Positions 30,335 through 41,700 of a stretch of DNA of 64,000 bases are shown piece by piece. Every line of letters starts with the position of its first letter. Positions within the stretch are counted from its first letter, which is position 1. The stretch is from the NCBI GenBank assembly GCA_963769935.1, contig CAVYNY010000008.1, positions 1-64,000 of the forward strand, given 5' to 3'. The translations under genes were made by a program, and so were the position numbers. The DNA is from an uncultured delta proteobacterium. Lineage in GTDB: Bacteria > Desulfobacterota > Desulfobacteria > Desulfobacterales > JAFDCJ01. The notes beneath the pieces are model-generated. The model saw nothing but the letters and a program-made list of their open reading frames with translations, did not search any database and was not told the DNA's origin.

Positions 30335-31399
30335 ATGAAACCGGATGAAATCAACAAAAAAATAGACAAGATTGATCGGGAACTTCTGGTCCTGCTCCAG
30401 GAACGCATGGGACTTGCCTTACGCTCCCAGAAATTCCAGGAATCCGCCGGAGCTGCTCAGCGCGAGGAGGATCTGCTCGCGCGCATGGAGCGCATGAACC
30501 TGGACCTGGTTAAACGCTCATTTTCACGCCAGTTGCTGAAGACCATTATCGAAGAGAGCAAGCGGCTGCAGGATGAAGATCGTCAGTTGGTTGCATTCCA
30601 GGGGGAACATGGGGCCTACGGCGACGTTGCCGCCAGGCGTCTGGTGCCGGCCGGTGCGTATATCCCCTGCCTTGAATTCGTTGACGTCTTTCGCGGTGTG
30701 GAAGAAGGTTATTTGGATCTCGGCGTGGTGCCGGTGGAAAATTCCCTGGAGGGCGCCGTCACCCAGGTCAATGATCTTCTCACGACCACTGAACTGAATG
30801 TTGTCGGAGAGGTCAAAGTCGATGTCAATCACTGTTTGCTGGCTACGGCGGCAACGGATTATCGTGAGATCCGGGTGGTTTACTCCCATCCCCAGGCGCT
30901 GGCCCAGTGCCGTGATTTTCTGATGCGCAATAAACTTGAACCACGCCCCTACTACGATACGGCCGGTGCCGCAAAAATGCTGGCCCGGGAAAATCCCAAA
31001 GCGTCCGCCGCCATTGCAAGCGCCTTATGCGCCGAGCTTTATGACCTGGATGTTATAAAAGAAGGGATTGAGGACGGACCGTCCAACTCCACGCGGTTTT
31101 TACTTATGTCCCGTGAACCTTACTCCGGCGATGGCGATAAAACTTCCGTAATCTTTGCGGTGGCCCATGAGGCGGGCCAGCTTTATGGTGTCCTCAGATT
31201 ATTTGCCGATGCGAATATCAACCTGACCCGGATTTCTTCCATGCCCTTGCGTTCAGATCCTAGCAACTATAGCTTTTTTCTGGACTTTGAAGGCTCGGAA
31301 AAGAATTCAAAGGTCGCAGAAGTATTGGAGAAGATGGCGGCCATGACGATTTCACTGAAAAATCTGGGAAGTTATCCGGCAGACAAGGGAGGCGCGTAG
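30335..31399 (+). CDS. pheA: Chorismate mutase/prephenate dehydratase
   Basis: CM domain, FQGEHGAY, PVENSLEG, SHPQALAQC, NSTRF, ACT domain. Confidence 0.95.
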   Translation: MKPDEINKKIDKIDRELLVLLQERMGLALRSQKFQESAGAAQREEDLLARMERMNLDLVKRSFSRQLLKTIIEESKRLQDEDRQLVAFQGEHGAYGDVAARRLVPAGAYIPCLEFVDVFRGVEEGYLDLGVVPVENSLEGAVTQVNDLLTTTELNVVGEVKVDVNHCLLATAATDYREIRVVYSHPQALAQCRDFLMRNKLEPRPYYDTAGAAKMLARENPKASAAIASALCAELYDLDVIKEGIEDGPSNSTRFLLMSREPYSGDGDKTSVIFAVAHEAGQLYGVLRLFADANINLTRISSMPLRSDPSNYSFFLDFEGSEKNSKVAEVLEKMAAMTISLKNLGSYPADKGGA

Positions 31400-31501
31400 T
31401 ATAAACTTATCAAGATCGTATTATCTTTCCAAAAAAAATTAAACTCTAAATCAAAGAAAATTCCAGACTATGTATAGTTTTCTCCATTAACGTTGTTTAG
31501 C

Positions 31502-32044
31502 TTACAACCGGATCGCGCCGCAAACCGGTGCCTGCCAGTCCAGCTTTTCATCGTTAGCCAGGGTGGCGTCGAAATTTTTTGCGATTTGAGCGGGCATCGG
31601 CGCCGACCGCCGTATTCTCAAATCAGCGTGCGTAATCAGAGCTTCGAAGGTGGCCGCCAGCTGGGCGGTGGTTTCATTTATCATAAAATTGATGAAATGA
31701 ATGCGTTTATCCGACCGGCCGATAAAACGGGTGTGGACCGCAACGGTCTGATCCACTCTCACCTCAGCGAAATACTGAATAAACTGTTTTAAAGTAAAGA
31801 CCCCTGCCTTACCGCTGTGAAAGTACGCGCTGTCCAATCCGTGCGCTGCGGAAAATTTGCGGCCGGCTGTAGCAAACAATTCAAAATACCATCGGATATT
31901 CATGTGTCCCATGATGTCAAGGTAATCGGCGGGAATAGTTTCGCGATGATATACGGGCAACGCCTCCAGCAGGGTCAGCGGCAGCAGGCAGCCAACTTCT
32001 TTGTCCCAAATTCCGCATTCATTCTGATTATTAGCAGCTGTCAT
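31502..32044 (-). CDS. Acyl-CoA thioesterase (4HBT-like)
   Basis: DIMGHMN motif. Confidence 0.8.
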   Translation of the reverse strand: MTAANNQNECGIWDKEVGCLLPLTLLEALPVYHRETIPADYLDIMGHMNIRWYFELFATAGRKFSAAHGLDSAYFHSGKAGVFTLKQFIQYFAEVRVDQTVAVHTRFIGRSDKRIHFINFMINETTAQLAATFEALITHADLRIRRSAPMPAQIAKNFDATLANDEKLDWQAPVCGAIRL

Positions 32045-32065
32045 GTTATACCATTATCTCCATTT

Positions 32066-33040
32066 TCAATTTATCACCTGCGCAAACTTCGCTTTTATCA
32101 GCGCTTCAGCCTCGACCATGATCCGATCCAGCAGTTCCTTGCAGGTAGGTATGTCACGCACGAGCCCCATGCTCTGTCCGGCGGACATGACCCCCTTTTC
32201 CATGTTCCCGTCTTCAAGCATTTCTTTGCCGACCAGGCCGGAAACATAGGCTGCAATGTCTTCGATGCGGGTGTTGCCGCGGGTTTCGATTTCCAAAACC
32301 TTGTCAACCGTTTGATTGTGAAGCACGCGCTCGGTATTGCGCAGGGTGCGCATGATCAGGCGCGTGCTGCGTTCATCGTGATTAACCAGCGCCTGTTTGA
32401 CATTTTCATGCACCGGTGCTTCTTTGGTGGCCACAAAGCGCGTTCCCATGTTCATGGCGTCGGCCCCGAGTCCCAGACATCCCACCAGGCCGCGGCCGTC
32501 GGCAAAACCGCCGGATGCGATAATCGGCAGGCGGATGGCGTCGCGGGTGAGCGGAATCAGGATCAGGGAAGTGACGTCGTCTTCCCCGGGATGTCCGGCC
32601 GCCTCGAATCCGTCGATGCTGACCGCATCACAACCGATTTTTTCGGCTTTGACGGCGTGGCGCACCGAAGTGCACTTGTGAACTACTATGATACCCGCGG
32701 ACTTGAGTTGATCGAGGTAGGGTTCCGGGTTGCGGCCGGCGGTTTCGATAAACTTGATGCCTTCTTCAATGCAAACGTCGATGTAGGCCGGATAGTCGAT
32801 CGGCCTCAGGGTCGGCAGAAAAGTTAGATTGACGCCGAAGGGTTTATCCGTCATTGCCCGGCACTTGCGGATTTCAGCCCGCAACATCTCCGCCTCCGAA
32901 AATGTCAGGGCCGTCATAAAACCGATCCCGCCGGCATTGGCCACGGCCGCCGCAAGCTCGGCCCGGGCAATCCACATTAAGCCGCCCTGGACGATGGGAC
33001 GTTCGATGCCGAACAATTCCGTGATGCGCGTTTTAAGCAT
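32066..33040 (-). CDS. Nitronate monooxygenase/FabK-like flavin oxidoreductase
   Basis: PIVQGG, GFEAAGHPG, ASGGFADGRG, MGTRF. Confidence 0.9.
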   Translation of the reverse strand: MLKTRITELFGIERPIVQGGLMWIARAELAAAVANAGGIGFMTALTFSEAEMLRAEIRKCRAMTDKPFGVNLTFLPTLRPIDYPAYIDVCIEEGIKFIETAGRNPEPYLDQLKSAGIIVVHKCTSVRHAVKAEKIGCDAVSIDGFEAAGHPGEDDVTSLILIPLTRDAIRLPIIASGGFADGRGLVGCLGLGADAMNMGTRFVATKEAPVHENVKQALVNHDERSTRLIMRTLRNTERVLHNQTVDKVLEIETRGNTRIEDIAAYVSGLVGKEMLEDGNMEKGVMSAGQSMGLVRDIPTCKELLDRIMVEAEALIKAKFAQVIN

Positions 33041-33268
33041 AACTTTTCTAATCTCCTTTTTTTTATCGCAGAGCACGCAAAGATCACAGAGTCAAAGTCT
33101 ACATAATTGAATACTGAATATTTATAGTCTTTTATCGGCTAGCGATTCCACCATAAACGCATTATATTTTTAAAATCGAGCCTCCAGTCCGCAATTCTGT
33201 GCACACAAAACACACCCGGTTTTATGCCATTCGCCTATTTCACTCTCTCCTGTTTGGTGTTTTTCCAT

Positions 33269-34415
33269 TCAATAGTCTGGTCCTAACGCTTTGATATGTC
33301 GCTCAAAATTGGTAGTTCCCGTGACCGTGTATTTATTTACGTCGGTTGGCATCACATCGCCGCTTTTGATGAGGAGCTCACAGTGACTGACTATTTCATT
33401 GGCCGCCATCAGGCGCCCGAATCCCTCGAGCAGTTTTTCTTCAAAATGTTTTCGGGCAATTGCTTTGTCGGTCATGGGTTCATCGGCTAAAATTTCGAGA
33501 ATGGCCGCACATCGTTCGATATGGTGTTGGATCAGTTGATTGACCCTGGTCTTCAACTGGATGCCGTTCCAATGGCCGGCGTAATAGAGCCGATGGGCGG
33601 GCAGGACCAACAGGTCGGGATATTGCTGCCCGATCTGCTCAAGTTTCTTCAAGGACTTGAGGTAACATTGCAGTCCAAAAATTGCTTCGGGGTTGAAATA
33701 TCGTGGCTTAATTATGGCAGCGACTTCATCGAACATGCCCTCGCGGGTGGGCCAGGGAGAAATATCCGGCAGCACGACGTCCCCGGTAATGAGAGCTTCC
33801 GTTGGCCTATTAAGACTGCCAGACAGTCCGGGCTGTGGCCCGGCAGGTGGAAAGCTGTGGATATCAGGCCCTAACGGATCGTTTCGCCGTCATTAATCTT
33901 TTCCACCACCAAATTTTGCAAAACCTTATGGTAGTCCCAGGCAATTTTTTGATCCAAAAGGTTTCCGGCATCATACAGTGCCAGCATTTGGCCGGAAAAT
34001 TCTGTTTATGCCCCGCGGGCGCATTTTCGGGATACCGACGAATCAAAAGATCATAAATGGCATGCGCTTTTACCTTGAGCCGGGTCGATTCTACCAGTTC
34101 CGCCAGACCACCGTCATGGTCCTCATGGCCGTGGCTGATTAAAACGAAATCGAGATCCTCGGACTTGATACCGGCCGTTTCCAGCATGCCGACAAGGTTT
34201 TCGCCCTGCCCGAAACGTCCGGCATCCACCAGAAATGGTTTGTCCGCCATCACGGCATAATTCCAGGTTGGCCCCAGATCCCAGTGGCCACCGTAGTAAT
34301 TTTTAGTGGGAAGGCCGAATATTTCCAGCCCCGACGGCAATTGGAACTGGACGACCATTCCATTGCCGTTCTCATCGCCTGGATGAATTATCTTTTTTAA
34401 GTATTGCTCCGACAT
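33269..34415 (-). CDS. MBL-fold metallo-hydrolase (frameshifted)
   Basis: SHGHEDHDG, PGHSPD, GDVVLP, LPAH across frames. Confidence 0.75.
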
Positions 34416-34461
34416 GATACCGATAACCAACTGTGTTCAATGGATTTGAATCATTTTAAAT

Positions 34462-34485
34462 TCGCGGTTAAAAACCGCTCCCACA
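34462..34485 (-). repeat. REP-like palindrome TGTGGGAGCGGTTTTTAACCGCGA
   Basis: GTGG tetranucleotide followed by GCGGTT/AACCGC hairpin. Confidence 0.55.
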
Positions 34486-34587
34486 AACATATGGATGTTG
34501 ATGTCTCTGATTAGCGAAAGGAAATATTTGTCAGTTGATCCGCCGGAGACCAAACACCGGACAATTGACAACATACAATTGAAAACT

Positions 34588-35007
34588 TTAAATCGATTTC
34601 TCCCACCCCTGCCCGAAATCCGCCAACGGCCTGATTTCGTGGATTTCAAATGTTACCGCCGCATGCATCATTTTAGCAGCATTTTCTCCCGCATGTTTTG
34701 CCACGGCAGCCTTTAATTGATCCAGTTTCTTACCGGAGGTTTGGCAATCGATCATGGTGACGTATATTCTGACACCTTTCCAATCCATTATGCTCTTGCC
34801 CGGCTCCATGACCATAAACACGGCGTTGGGATTTTCCTGCAAGTTGGCAAAAGTGCGGTTATTGCCGAGTCCCATGAAAATAGTTTTTTCATCCATCATC
34901 CGCGGGGATCCAAAATAAGCCGAATTGACTTTGCCACTACTATCAGCTGTGCTGAGGGTGCCAAGCCGCGGCTGTTTGTTAAAGTATTCCATTAACCTTT
35001 CAGCCAT
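34588..35007 (-). CDS. Pyridoxamine 5'-phosphate oxidase-like FMN-binding protein
   Basis: LSTAD..G.VN..RTFANLQENP. Confidence 0.8.
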   Translation of the reverse strand: MAERLMEYFNKQPRLGTLSTADSSGKVNSAYFGSPRMMDEKTIFMGLGNNRTFANLQENPNAVFMVMEPGKSIMDWKGVRIYVTMIDCQTSGKKLDQLKAAVAKHAGENAAKMMHAAVTFEIHEIRPLADFGQGWEKSI

Positions 35008-35047
35008 AGTAAACCTCTCACTTTCATAGGGTAATCGTTATTGGTTA

Positions 35048-35506
35048 TTAGCTTCCTGTTTGTCTCTTTTTCATAATCGCATAGGTAGCCAGGCCTTTGG
35101 CAATCAGGGCATCATTTTCATCTCTGACATCAACATCCCCGATAGCCGTCTGGGTTCCTTTGTGAACAATTTTTGCCTCGGCAATAATTGCACTTTCTTT
35201 TACAGGCTTCAGATAATTAATTTTCATTTCCAGCGTCGATATATTTTCATCCCGGCCAATCAGGCCAACCAGTGCCATACCGACGGCGGAATCGGCCGGT
35301 GAAAATATGGCGCCACCGTGTACCAACCCGACGGCATTGGTCAGTTTATCATTAAAAGGAAGCCTGACCTTCGCCCAGCCTTTTTTAACTTCCATAAGCT
35401 CCATGCCAAGCAGGGACCAAAAGGGATTCCGGGTCTTCATCCAATCCAGCATCGCCGCTTTAAACTGCGGTGCCAGCTCTTCATATTCCGTCACAATTTC
35501 CACCAT
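35048..35506 (-). CDS. PaaI family thioesterase
   Basis: N..GLVHGG..D, EMKINYL. Confidence 0.88.
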   Translation of the reverse strand: MVEIVTEYEELAPQFKAAMLDWMKTRNPFWSLLGMELMEVKKGWAKVRLPFNDKLTNAVGLVHGGAIFSPADSAVGMALVGLIGRDENISTLEMKINYLKPVKESAIIAEAKIVHKGTQTAIGDVDVRDENDALIAKGLATYAIMKKRQTGS

Positions 35507-35718
35507 GTCGTATTTCCAATAATTAGGACACGGATTTTCTCAGATTTTCACAGATCACAGATTAGTTGATGAGCTCATAAGTTGTTAAGCTCTTTAGCAA
35601 AGGTATCTGAGCCTATTTCAGAGAAGCTTAACAGCTCAAGAACTTACGAACTCGTACAAAATCCGCTATCGAGACTCTCCGTGTCCCTCTTTAAAAAGCT
35701 AAAATCATTTGAACAAAA

Positions 35719-36606
35719 CTACTTCAAAAAGTCGCGAATCAGCGCATTTACCCGCTGCGGCTGCTCGTGGCTTACCCAATGGGTACCGTCTGGTATGCGT
35801 TTGACTGTCAGATCGTCGACATACTCCTCAAGGCCATCCAGGTTGCCGGAGAGAAGCGCCTGGTCCTCTTCGCCCCAGATGACCAGGCTCGGCACCTTTA
35901 CCGCCAGCAATTCACGGGGCAGATTTAAAATACTTTTTATCTTTTGGATATCTTCCGGCGAGGTGGGCGGATAAAGCGGCGACGCCCGGTAATAATTCAA
36001 GCCCCCGGTCAGAGCTCCGGGCTGCGACCAGGCCTCAATATATTTTAAGCGAACTTCCTCCGTCATTTTCCACTTGCTGCCGAATTGAGAAAGGACATCC
36101 ACCAGCCTGGCATAACTATTTTCCGACAGGATCCGTTCTGCCTGGGGTGACCGGAACAGCAGCATGTACTGGCTGGCCTTTTGCTGCTCGGGATTGTTCA
36201 ACAATTCCCGGGCGAAGACCGCCGGATGCGGGGCATTAATGATGACAAGCTTTTCCAGGCATTCCGGGTGGCGCATGGCAACAGACCAGGCCACCGCCCC
36301 ACCCCAGTCGTGAGCCACCAGAATAAATTTTTGATGTCCCAGATGTTCGGCCAGCGCCCGCAGGTCTTCAATGAGGCTCCCGGCATGATAGGCGTCGACA
36401 TTTCCGGGTTTGGCGGACAGATTATATCCGCGCATGTCGAGGGCCACGGCCTGGTGGTCTTGACCGAACTCGATCAGCTGATCTTCCCACTCGCCCCAGA
36501 ATTCGGGAAAACCGTGCACGAACATAATCATCTTTCCCTGTCCCACGCTCACATAGTGCAGGCGGAGGCCGTTAACGTCAGCGTATTGACTCTCAAAGGC
36601 AGGCAT
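35719..36606 (-). CDS. Alpha/beta hydrolase (epoxide hydrolase-like)
   Basis: HGFPEFW, DMRGY, AHDWGG, NYYRA, HWV. Confidence 0.9.
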   Translation of the reverse strand: MPAFESQYADVNGLRLHYVSVGQGKMIMFVHGFPEFWGEWEDQLIEFGQDHQAVALDMRGYNLSAKPGNVDAYHAGSLIEDLRALAEHLGHQKFILVAHDWGGAVAWSVAMRHPECLEKLVIINAPHPAVFARELLNNPEQQKASQYMLLFRSPQAERILSENSYARLVDVLSQFGSKWKMTEEVRLKYIEAWSQPGALTGGLNYYRASPLYPPTSPEDIQKIKSILNLPRELLAVKVPSLVIWGEEDQALLSGNLDGLEEYVDDLTVKRIPDGTHWVSHEQPQRVNALIRDFLK

Positions 36607-36939
36607 GACTCAACTCCTTGCTATGGAATAAAATCAAATGAAAGCGATCATCGTTCTACTAAACGCTCACATTTTAATTATAGAAATTAAAATATTCCGA
36701 TTGCTCCCGATTTGCAATAACAAACCCGAGTGTTGCGCGCATAATCCTTAACTTGGATTTCTTCTTTTTAAAAAAAGTTAGACTCCATACTTCGATTTTA
36801 TACCTTGGCGGTTGAAGGCCTACGTCAAATCCGTGACCCTGGTGGCATTTTTATCTTTATCCACCTCATTTAAGTTTTCCGTGAGATAATTTAACTATCT
36901 GAAATTAAGGCTAATAAATATTCTTGAGAACCAATGAAC

Positions 36940-36954
36940 TGGTACAATTCTTGC
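36940..36954 (+). promoter_or_regulatory. Sigma54-type -24/-12 promoter
   Basis: TGGTAC-AATTC-TTGC (GG-N10-GC) upstream of the ClpP-like gene. Confidence 0.6.
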
Positions 36955-37261
36955 TTTATCTCGTTCGAGTACTCCAAAACCAATTAAACGACTCGGGATT
37001 TCTACAGCTTAGACGGAGTATTTTTAAGGCCTGCGTTTTTGACGCAACCATGGAATAATGGAATATTGGCCTCCGGATCGTAGAGCCTACGGCTCGGAGA
37101 GAACGACGGGATAGTCGGGTTTAAAGCACAATAATTCATTTTTAACATTATCTTCCAAATGAATTTTCCCGTTGCCCTATAATGCAGTTTATTAGACCCA
37201 TTTTTCCAATATTCCGGCATTCCACTTGGGGCGAGGCCCCTAAATTGTAGGAGGGTCGATT

Positions 37262-37990
37262 ATGTCTAGAAATTTTTTATTCATCACTGTTTTAGGTATT
37301 TTTCTTGCCGGTTGCGCTGCGACAGGATCCCTGACGCCGCAACATCCCCAGAAAATCGTCGTCAGAGTTCAGGCAGCGGAATCGAAAAAAGCCGTAGCTA
37401 ATGATGGTGAAGGCGTCATCAAATCCATGGAGGTTCCGAATCAGGAATGCCAGCTTTCGGAGCTGTCGTTTATTTTGAAAGACAAGGCATTTGTTAAAAT
37501 TTTCTCCGATTTATCGGTAGCGGATGTTACCCGATTGTGGAATGACATCATTTTTCTGGAAACCAATTCCAATATACGCGATATTAATCTGTTTATCAAT
37601 TCTCCGGGTGGTGATGCCTTTTCAGGGCTGGCGCTTGCCGATCAGATCGAGCGCGCGCAACGCCATGGCTTTCATATCACCGCGCATGCCTCGGGCATCA
37701 TTGCCAGTGCCGCAGTTCCGGTTTTAGCAGTCTGCAAGGTCAGACTGGCTGCACCGGGAACGCTTTTTATGGTCCATGAAACTGAGCTCTGGAAGTGGCC
37801 GGGACGCGAAACGGCTTCGGATATCAACGCCCAAAACGACTTGATGATGCTTTTGAAGGACCGCTATATCGCCAAACTGGTAAGCACCACCAAACTGGAT
37901 AAGAATAAATGGGAACAGTTGGAAAGCCAGACAACATGGTTCAGTGCCGATAAAGCCCAGGAATGGGGTCTGGTGGATAGAATAGAATAA
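37262..37990 (+). CDS. ClpP-like peptidase with lipoprotein signal
   Basis: LAGC lipobox; INSPGG, IASAA, FMVHE, TWFSA..A..WGLVD. Confidence 0.8.
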   Translation: MSRNFLFITVLGIFLAGCAATGSLTPQHPQKIVVRVQAAESKKAVANDGEGVIKSMEVPNQECQLSELSFILKDKAFVKIFSDLSVADVTRLWNDIIFLETNSNIRDINLFINSPGGDAFSGLALADQIERAQRHGFHITAHASGIIASAAVPVLAVCKVRLAAPGTLFMVHETELWKWPGRETASDINAQNDLMMLLKDRYIAKLVSTTKLDKNKWEQLESQTTWFSADKAQEWGLVDRIE

Positions 37991-38088
37991 AAGGCACTCA
38001 TCAGGACTGCATAACGAGGACTGAGGACTGAGTTAAAGAGAATTTGGACGATGGAAATTGCCACATGCTCAGTCCTCGGCACCCATCG

Positions 38089-38400
38089 CTATTCTACTCG
38101 CTTCTTTTTTGTCAACCAGGCTGCCAGGACACCGGATATAAACCCGAAAAGATGGCCCGACCAGCTGGTTCCCGGAATATAAACCAACAAAGATTGAACC
38201 GCCCCGCCATATAAGATCAGAACGGCTGCGGAAATTATCAACGCCGTCCATTCGCGACGGAATGCACCCATGGTCATCAAAAAGCCGATCAGACCGAAAA
38301 TAACCCCACTGGCACCGATGTGAACGGCTCCCCCCCTGCCGAACAACCATACCAAACCGCCGCCCAAAAGCATGATGGTCAACAGGGCTTTAAATGTTAG
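38089..38400 (-). pseudogene. Rhomboid protease, C-terminal fragment
   Basis: HIGASG and SWSGHLFG; N-terminal half missing. Confidence 0.7.
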
Positions 38401-38780
38401 AGCCCGACTGTAAGATAACGATACCATCAACATTTGCAAAGAATGCCCGCTGAGGTCACTATCCAATACCTCGTTTAGCACTTTCTTCGCGGATTTTCAA
38501 TTCGTTGATCCGGTACGGCAAGCACCGGGCAGTTTTAAACTTCAAAGGCCTATGACCCGCGCATAAACGGAGTTGCTGATAGACAAAAGACTTGACACGC
38601 GTACCACCTTAAGGGAGATATCGTTTAAATTCTTCGACCTGAAAAATAATACCCCAACTGTCAGTTCGAGGGTGCAGCGAATTAATAAATTATACTCGAG
38701 ACCGAATTTATCGCTAACATGGCTGCGTCGCTTATGCGTGCTGCATTTGATTGCGCTTTGTTTTTCGGAGGTTCGCCGCT

Positions 38781-41700
38781 ATGGGCATAAAAGCGGTTTT
38801 TCAACAGATCTTAAGGAAGGCCGGCTCGCCGAAACGCGAGGCCCTGTCGTCGCCCACAACTGAATTCACCTATAAAGCCTTCATCTCATACAGCCATGCG
38901 GCCGACGGAAAGCTGGCGCCGGCCGTTCAAACGGGGTTACATCGATTTGCCAAGCCCTGGTACCGGCTGAGAGCCATGAGAGTTTTCCGCGACGAGACCA
39001 CGCTTGCGACCAGTCCGGAACTTTGGCCATCCATCGAATCGGCGCTAATGCGTTCTGAATTTTTCTTGTTTCTTGCCTCACCCGAGTCAGCGAAATCATA
39101 TTGGGTGCGTAAAGAGTTCGAATTTTGGTTGAGCCGACGCTCGAAGGGCCGGATGTTGATTATTCTGACAGACGGCGAAATTCTCTGGGACCGCAAGGCG
39201 CGTGATTTCGACTGGTCCGCAACAACGGCCATACCAACGGACGTTGGGCACGGATTTCAGGATGAACCATTGTATCTGGATCTGCGATGGGCCAAGACCC
39301 AGGAGCATTTATCCCTTAGAAACCTGACTTTTCGTTCAGCTATCGCAGATGTTGCCAGCACGCTTCTGGGACGCCCGAAAGATGAACTGATCGGCGAGGA
39401 TGTGCGCCGCCACCGGCAGACGCGACGCATCACGTGGTCTGCAATCGCTGCGCTTGCACTTCTGACCGCTGCCTCCATCGTGGCCGCAGTCATCGCCGTT
39501 CGGAACCAAGCGATCGCCGAGACACGGGGAGCGATCGCCCTGTCACGCCAGCTTGCCGCCCAGGCAGTATCACTTGCCGGCAGCGAACGCGGTGATCTCT
39601 CGTTGCTGTTGGGTATGGAGGCTCTCAAAGTCAGACCAACGGTTGATGCCAGAAACGGCCTGCTGGCTGCGCTCATACGTGATCCGCGCCGACGCTTCCA
39701 TCTCCATGGCCATATGGGCGAAATCATTAGTTTGGCCTTCACAGCCGATGGCCGGGAGCTGTTGTCACTGGGGTGCGAGGGGCTCGACACCCTCGGTCTT
39801 TGCAAGCACTTCGGCGTGCGCCGCTGGGATGCAAACAGCGGCCAAACCAAAGGGCTGGCGATTGTCGGCGGCGCGGACCCATGGACGTTATTGACCTCAA
39901 CCGGCGACGGCGAATCGATTGTCGTACAAGACCGCCACGGCAATGAATGGGACCCGAAGACGGGACGGCCTCTCGGACGGCGCTCAATAGTGAGCCGGAA
40001 AAGCCCGGATGGCAGGATCCTGGTCGAAACAGCCAACCATAGCTTGATTTTGCGTGCAGCGGATTCGAATCGGCAACTCGCAATTAAGTTCAGCACTGCT
40101 GGAGAGACGATGCGATCCGTAGAATTTAATAAATCGGCTGCTCTGGTTGCCATCGGCGGTTCCAAAGGCGAGCTGCAGCTCTGGGATACAGATGCGCTGC
40201 TGGCAGGTTCGCGTGATCCGCGCCGGATCATGGATGCTCACAGCGCCGCAGTGATTGATCTCGAATTCAGCCCGGACGGTCAATACCTCGTTACGGCCAG
40301 TTGGGATGATGCTGTTCTTCTGTGGAATCTGAACTCGGAGACCTCTCCGCGCCGACTCGCTGAAGGCGTCAATGTATCTTCCGTCATTTTCTCGCGGGAC
40401 GGGCGCTGGCTCGTCATAGCTGTCTCAATCGGCGATCGCGGAGGAGAGCTCCACTTATGGGATGCGCAACGATGGCAGCTGTTGGAAAAATTGGCTGGAA
40501 AGGCCCCGATCGCGCTTGACCCGCAGGGACGGTTACTGGCCGCAGCCGGCGCCGACGGCGCCGTCATCATGCGTGATCTCGATATAACCAGACCACTGGG
40601 AAGGCCCCTTTCGGACCCGGGTGATCCAATGTGTCTCACCTTCCTGGACGGGGGTCGGTTTCTCGCTGTCGGAGACCGTGATCAAACCTTAAGGGTCTGG
40701 GATGTCGAAAGCGGCCAGGCGGATCGCCCGCCCATCCACACGAAACAAAATTGGATTCAGGCGCTGGCTGCCCATCCGGACGGAAAGCATTTAGCCTCCG
40801 GCGGACAGGACGGAAGCGTCCTGCTCTGGAATCTGGAGAACCGCAGTTCTGAACCCGAACCTCAACTCGTTGGTCGCCATGAGGCGCCGGTCGAGGCCCT
40901 CGCTTTCAGCAAAGACGGTCGTTATCTCGTTTCGGGCGGCTTCGATGACAAACTGCGATTCTGGACCGTGAATACAGCCGATCAACCCCCAGGCATCGCC
41001 ACTATTGATACCGGGCAGGATATCTATGAGGTGGTGTTTGACCGCTCAGCTTCCCGCGTGGCTGCCGCTGCAGAAGATGGGACCGTTCTGATTTGGCAGT
41101 TGCTTACCAACGGCGCAGTCGGTCACGTTGTCGGCACGCACCTGCTTCAATCGGATGGCATGACCGGATTGGCGTTCGGACCGCAAGATCGGTTTCTGGT
41201 TTCGAGCAGCCTCGAACAAACTCAGCTCTGGGGTCTCGAGCCGAACGAACCCCGTGTCCGCGCCCCGATCGCGGGGAGCTTTGCGGCGCTGGACCCGAGC
41301 GGAAAGTTAATTGCCGTTGTGACAGACAGCGGCGAAATTCAGCTTGTTGACGTCGAGGCCTGGCGAATCTTCGATGCTACGCTGGGACGGCACGAGAATT
41401 TGGTCCACGCCATGGCCTTTAGTCCCGATGGGCGGCATCTCGCTTCTGCCGCCAAAGACGATCTTGTTCTGTGGGACGTGGATCTTGCCAGCTGGCTTGA
41501 ACGGGCCTGTGCAATCGCGCGCCGCAATCTGACGTCTGAGGAATGGGAAACTTACCTGGGCAGCCTGTCCTATCGCACAAGCTGTCCGGATACTGAGAAA
41601 CCGGCTGAGATTCCGCTTGACGCTGAGAGAGCGCTTGGACTTGCGGTCAGGGCAGCCAAGCTCGCAGAATCCGCCCAAGCCCGCTCATTTTTTACCAAAG

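Noticed and set aside
36780..36860. Possible riboswitch upstream of the hydrolase or ClpP-like gene
   Set aside because: No match to riboswitch consensus motifs I can recognise; needs an Rfam scan
39257..40231. 324-aa antisense ORF within the TIR-WD40 gene, and similar ones at 31817-32827 and 61618-62682
   Set aside because: GC-rich shadow frames opposite well-supported genes
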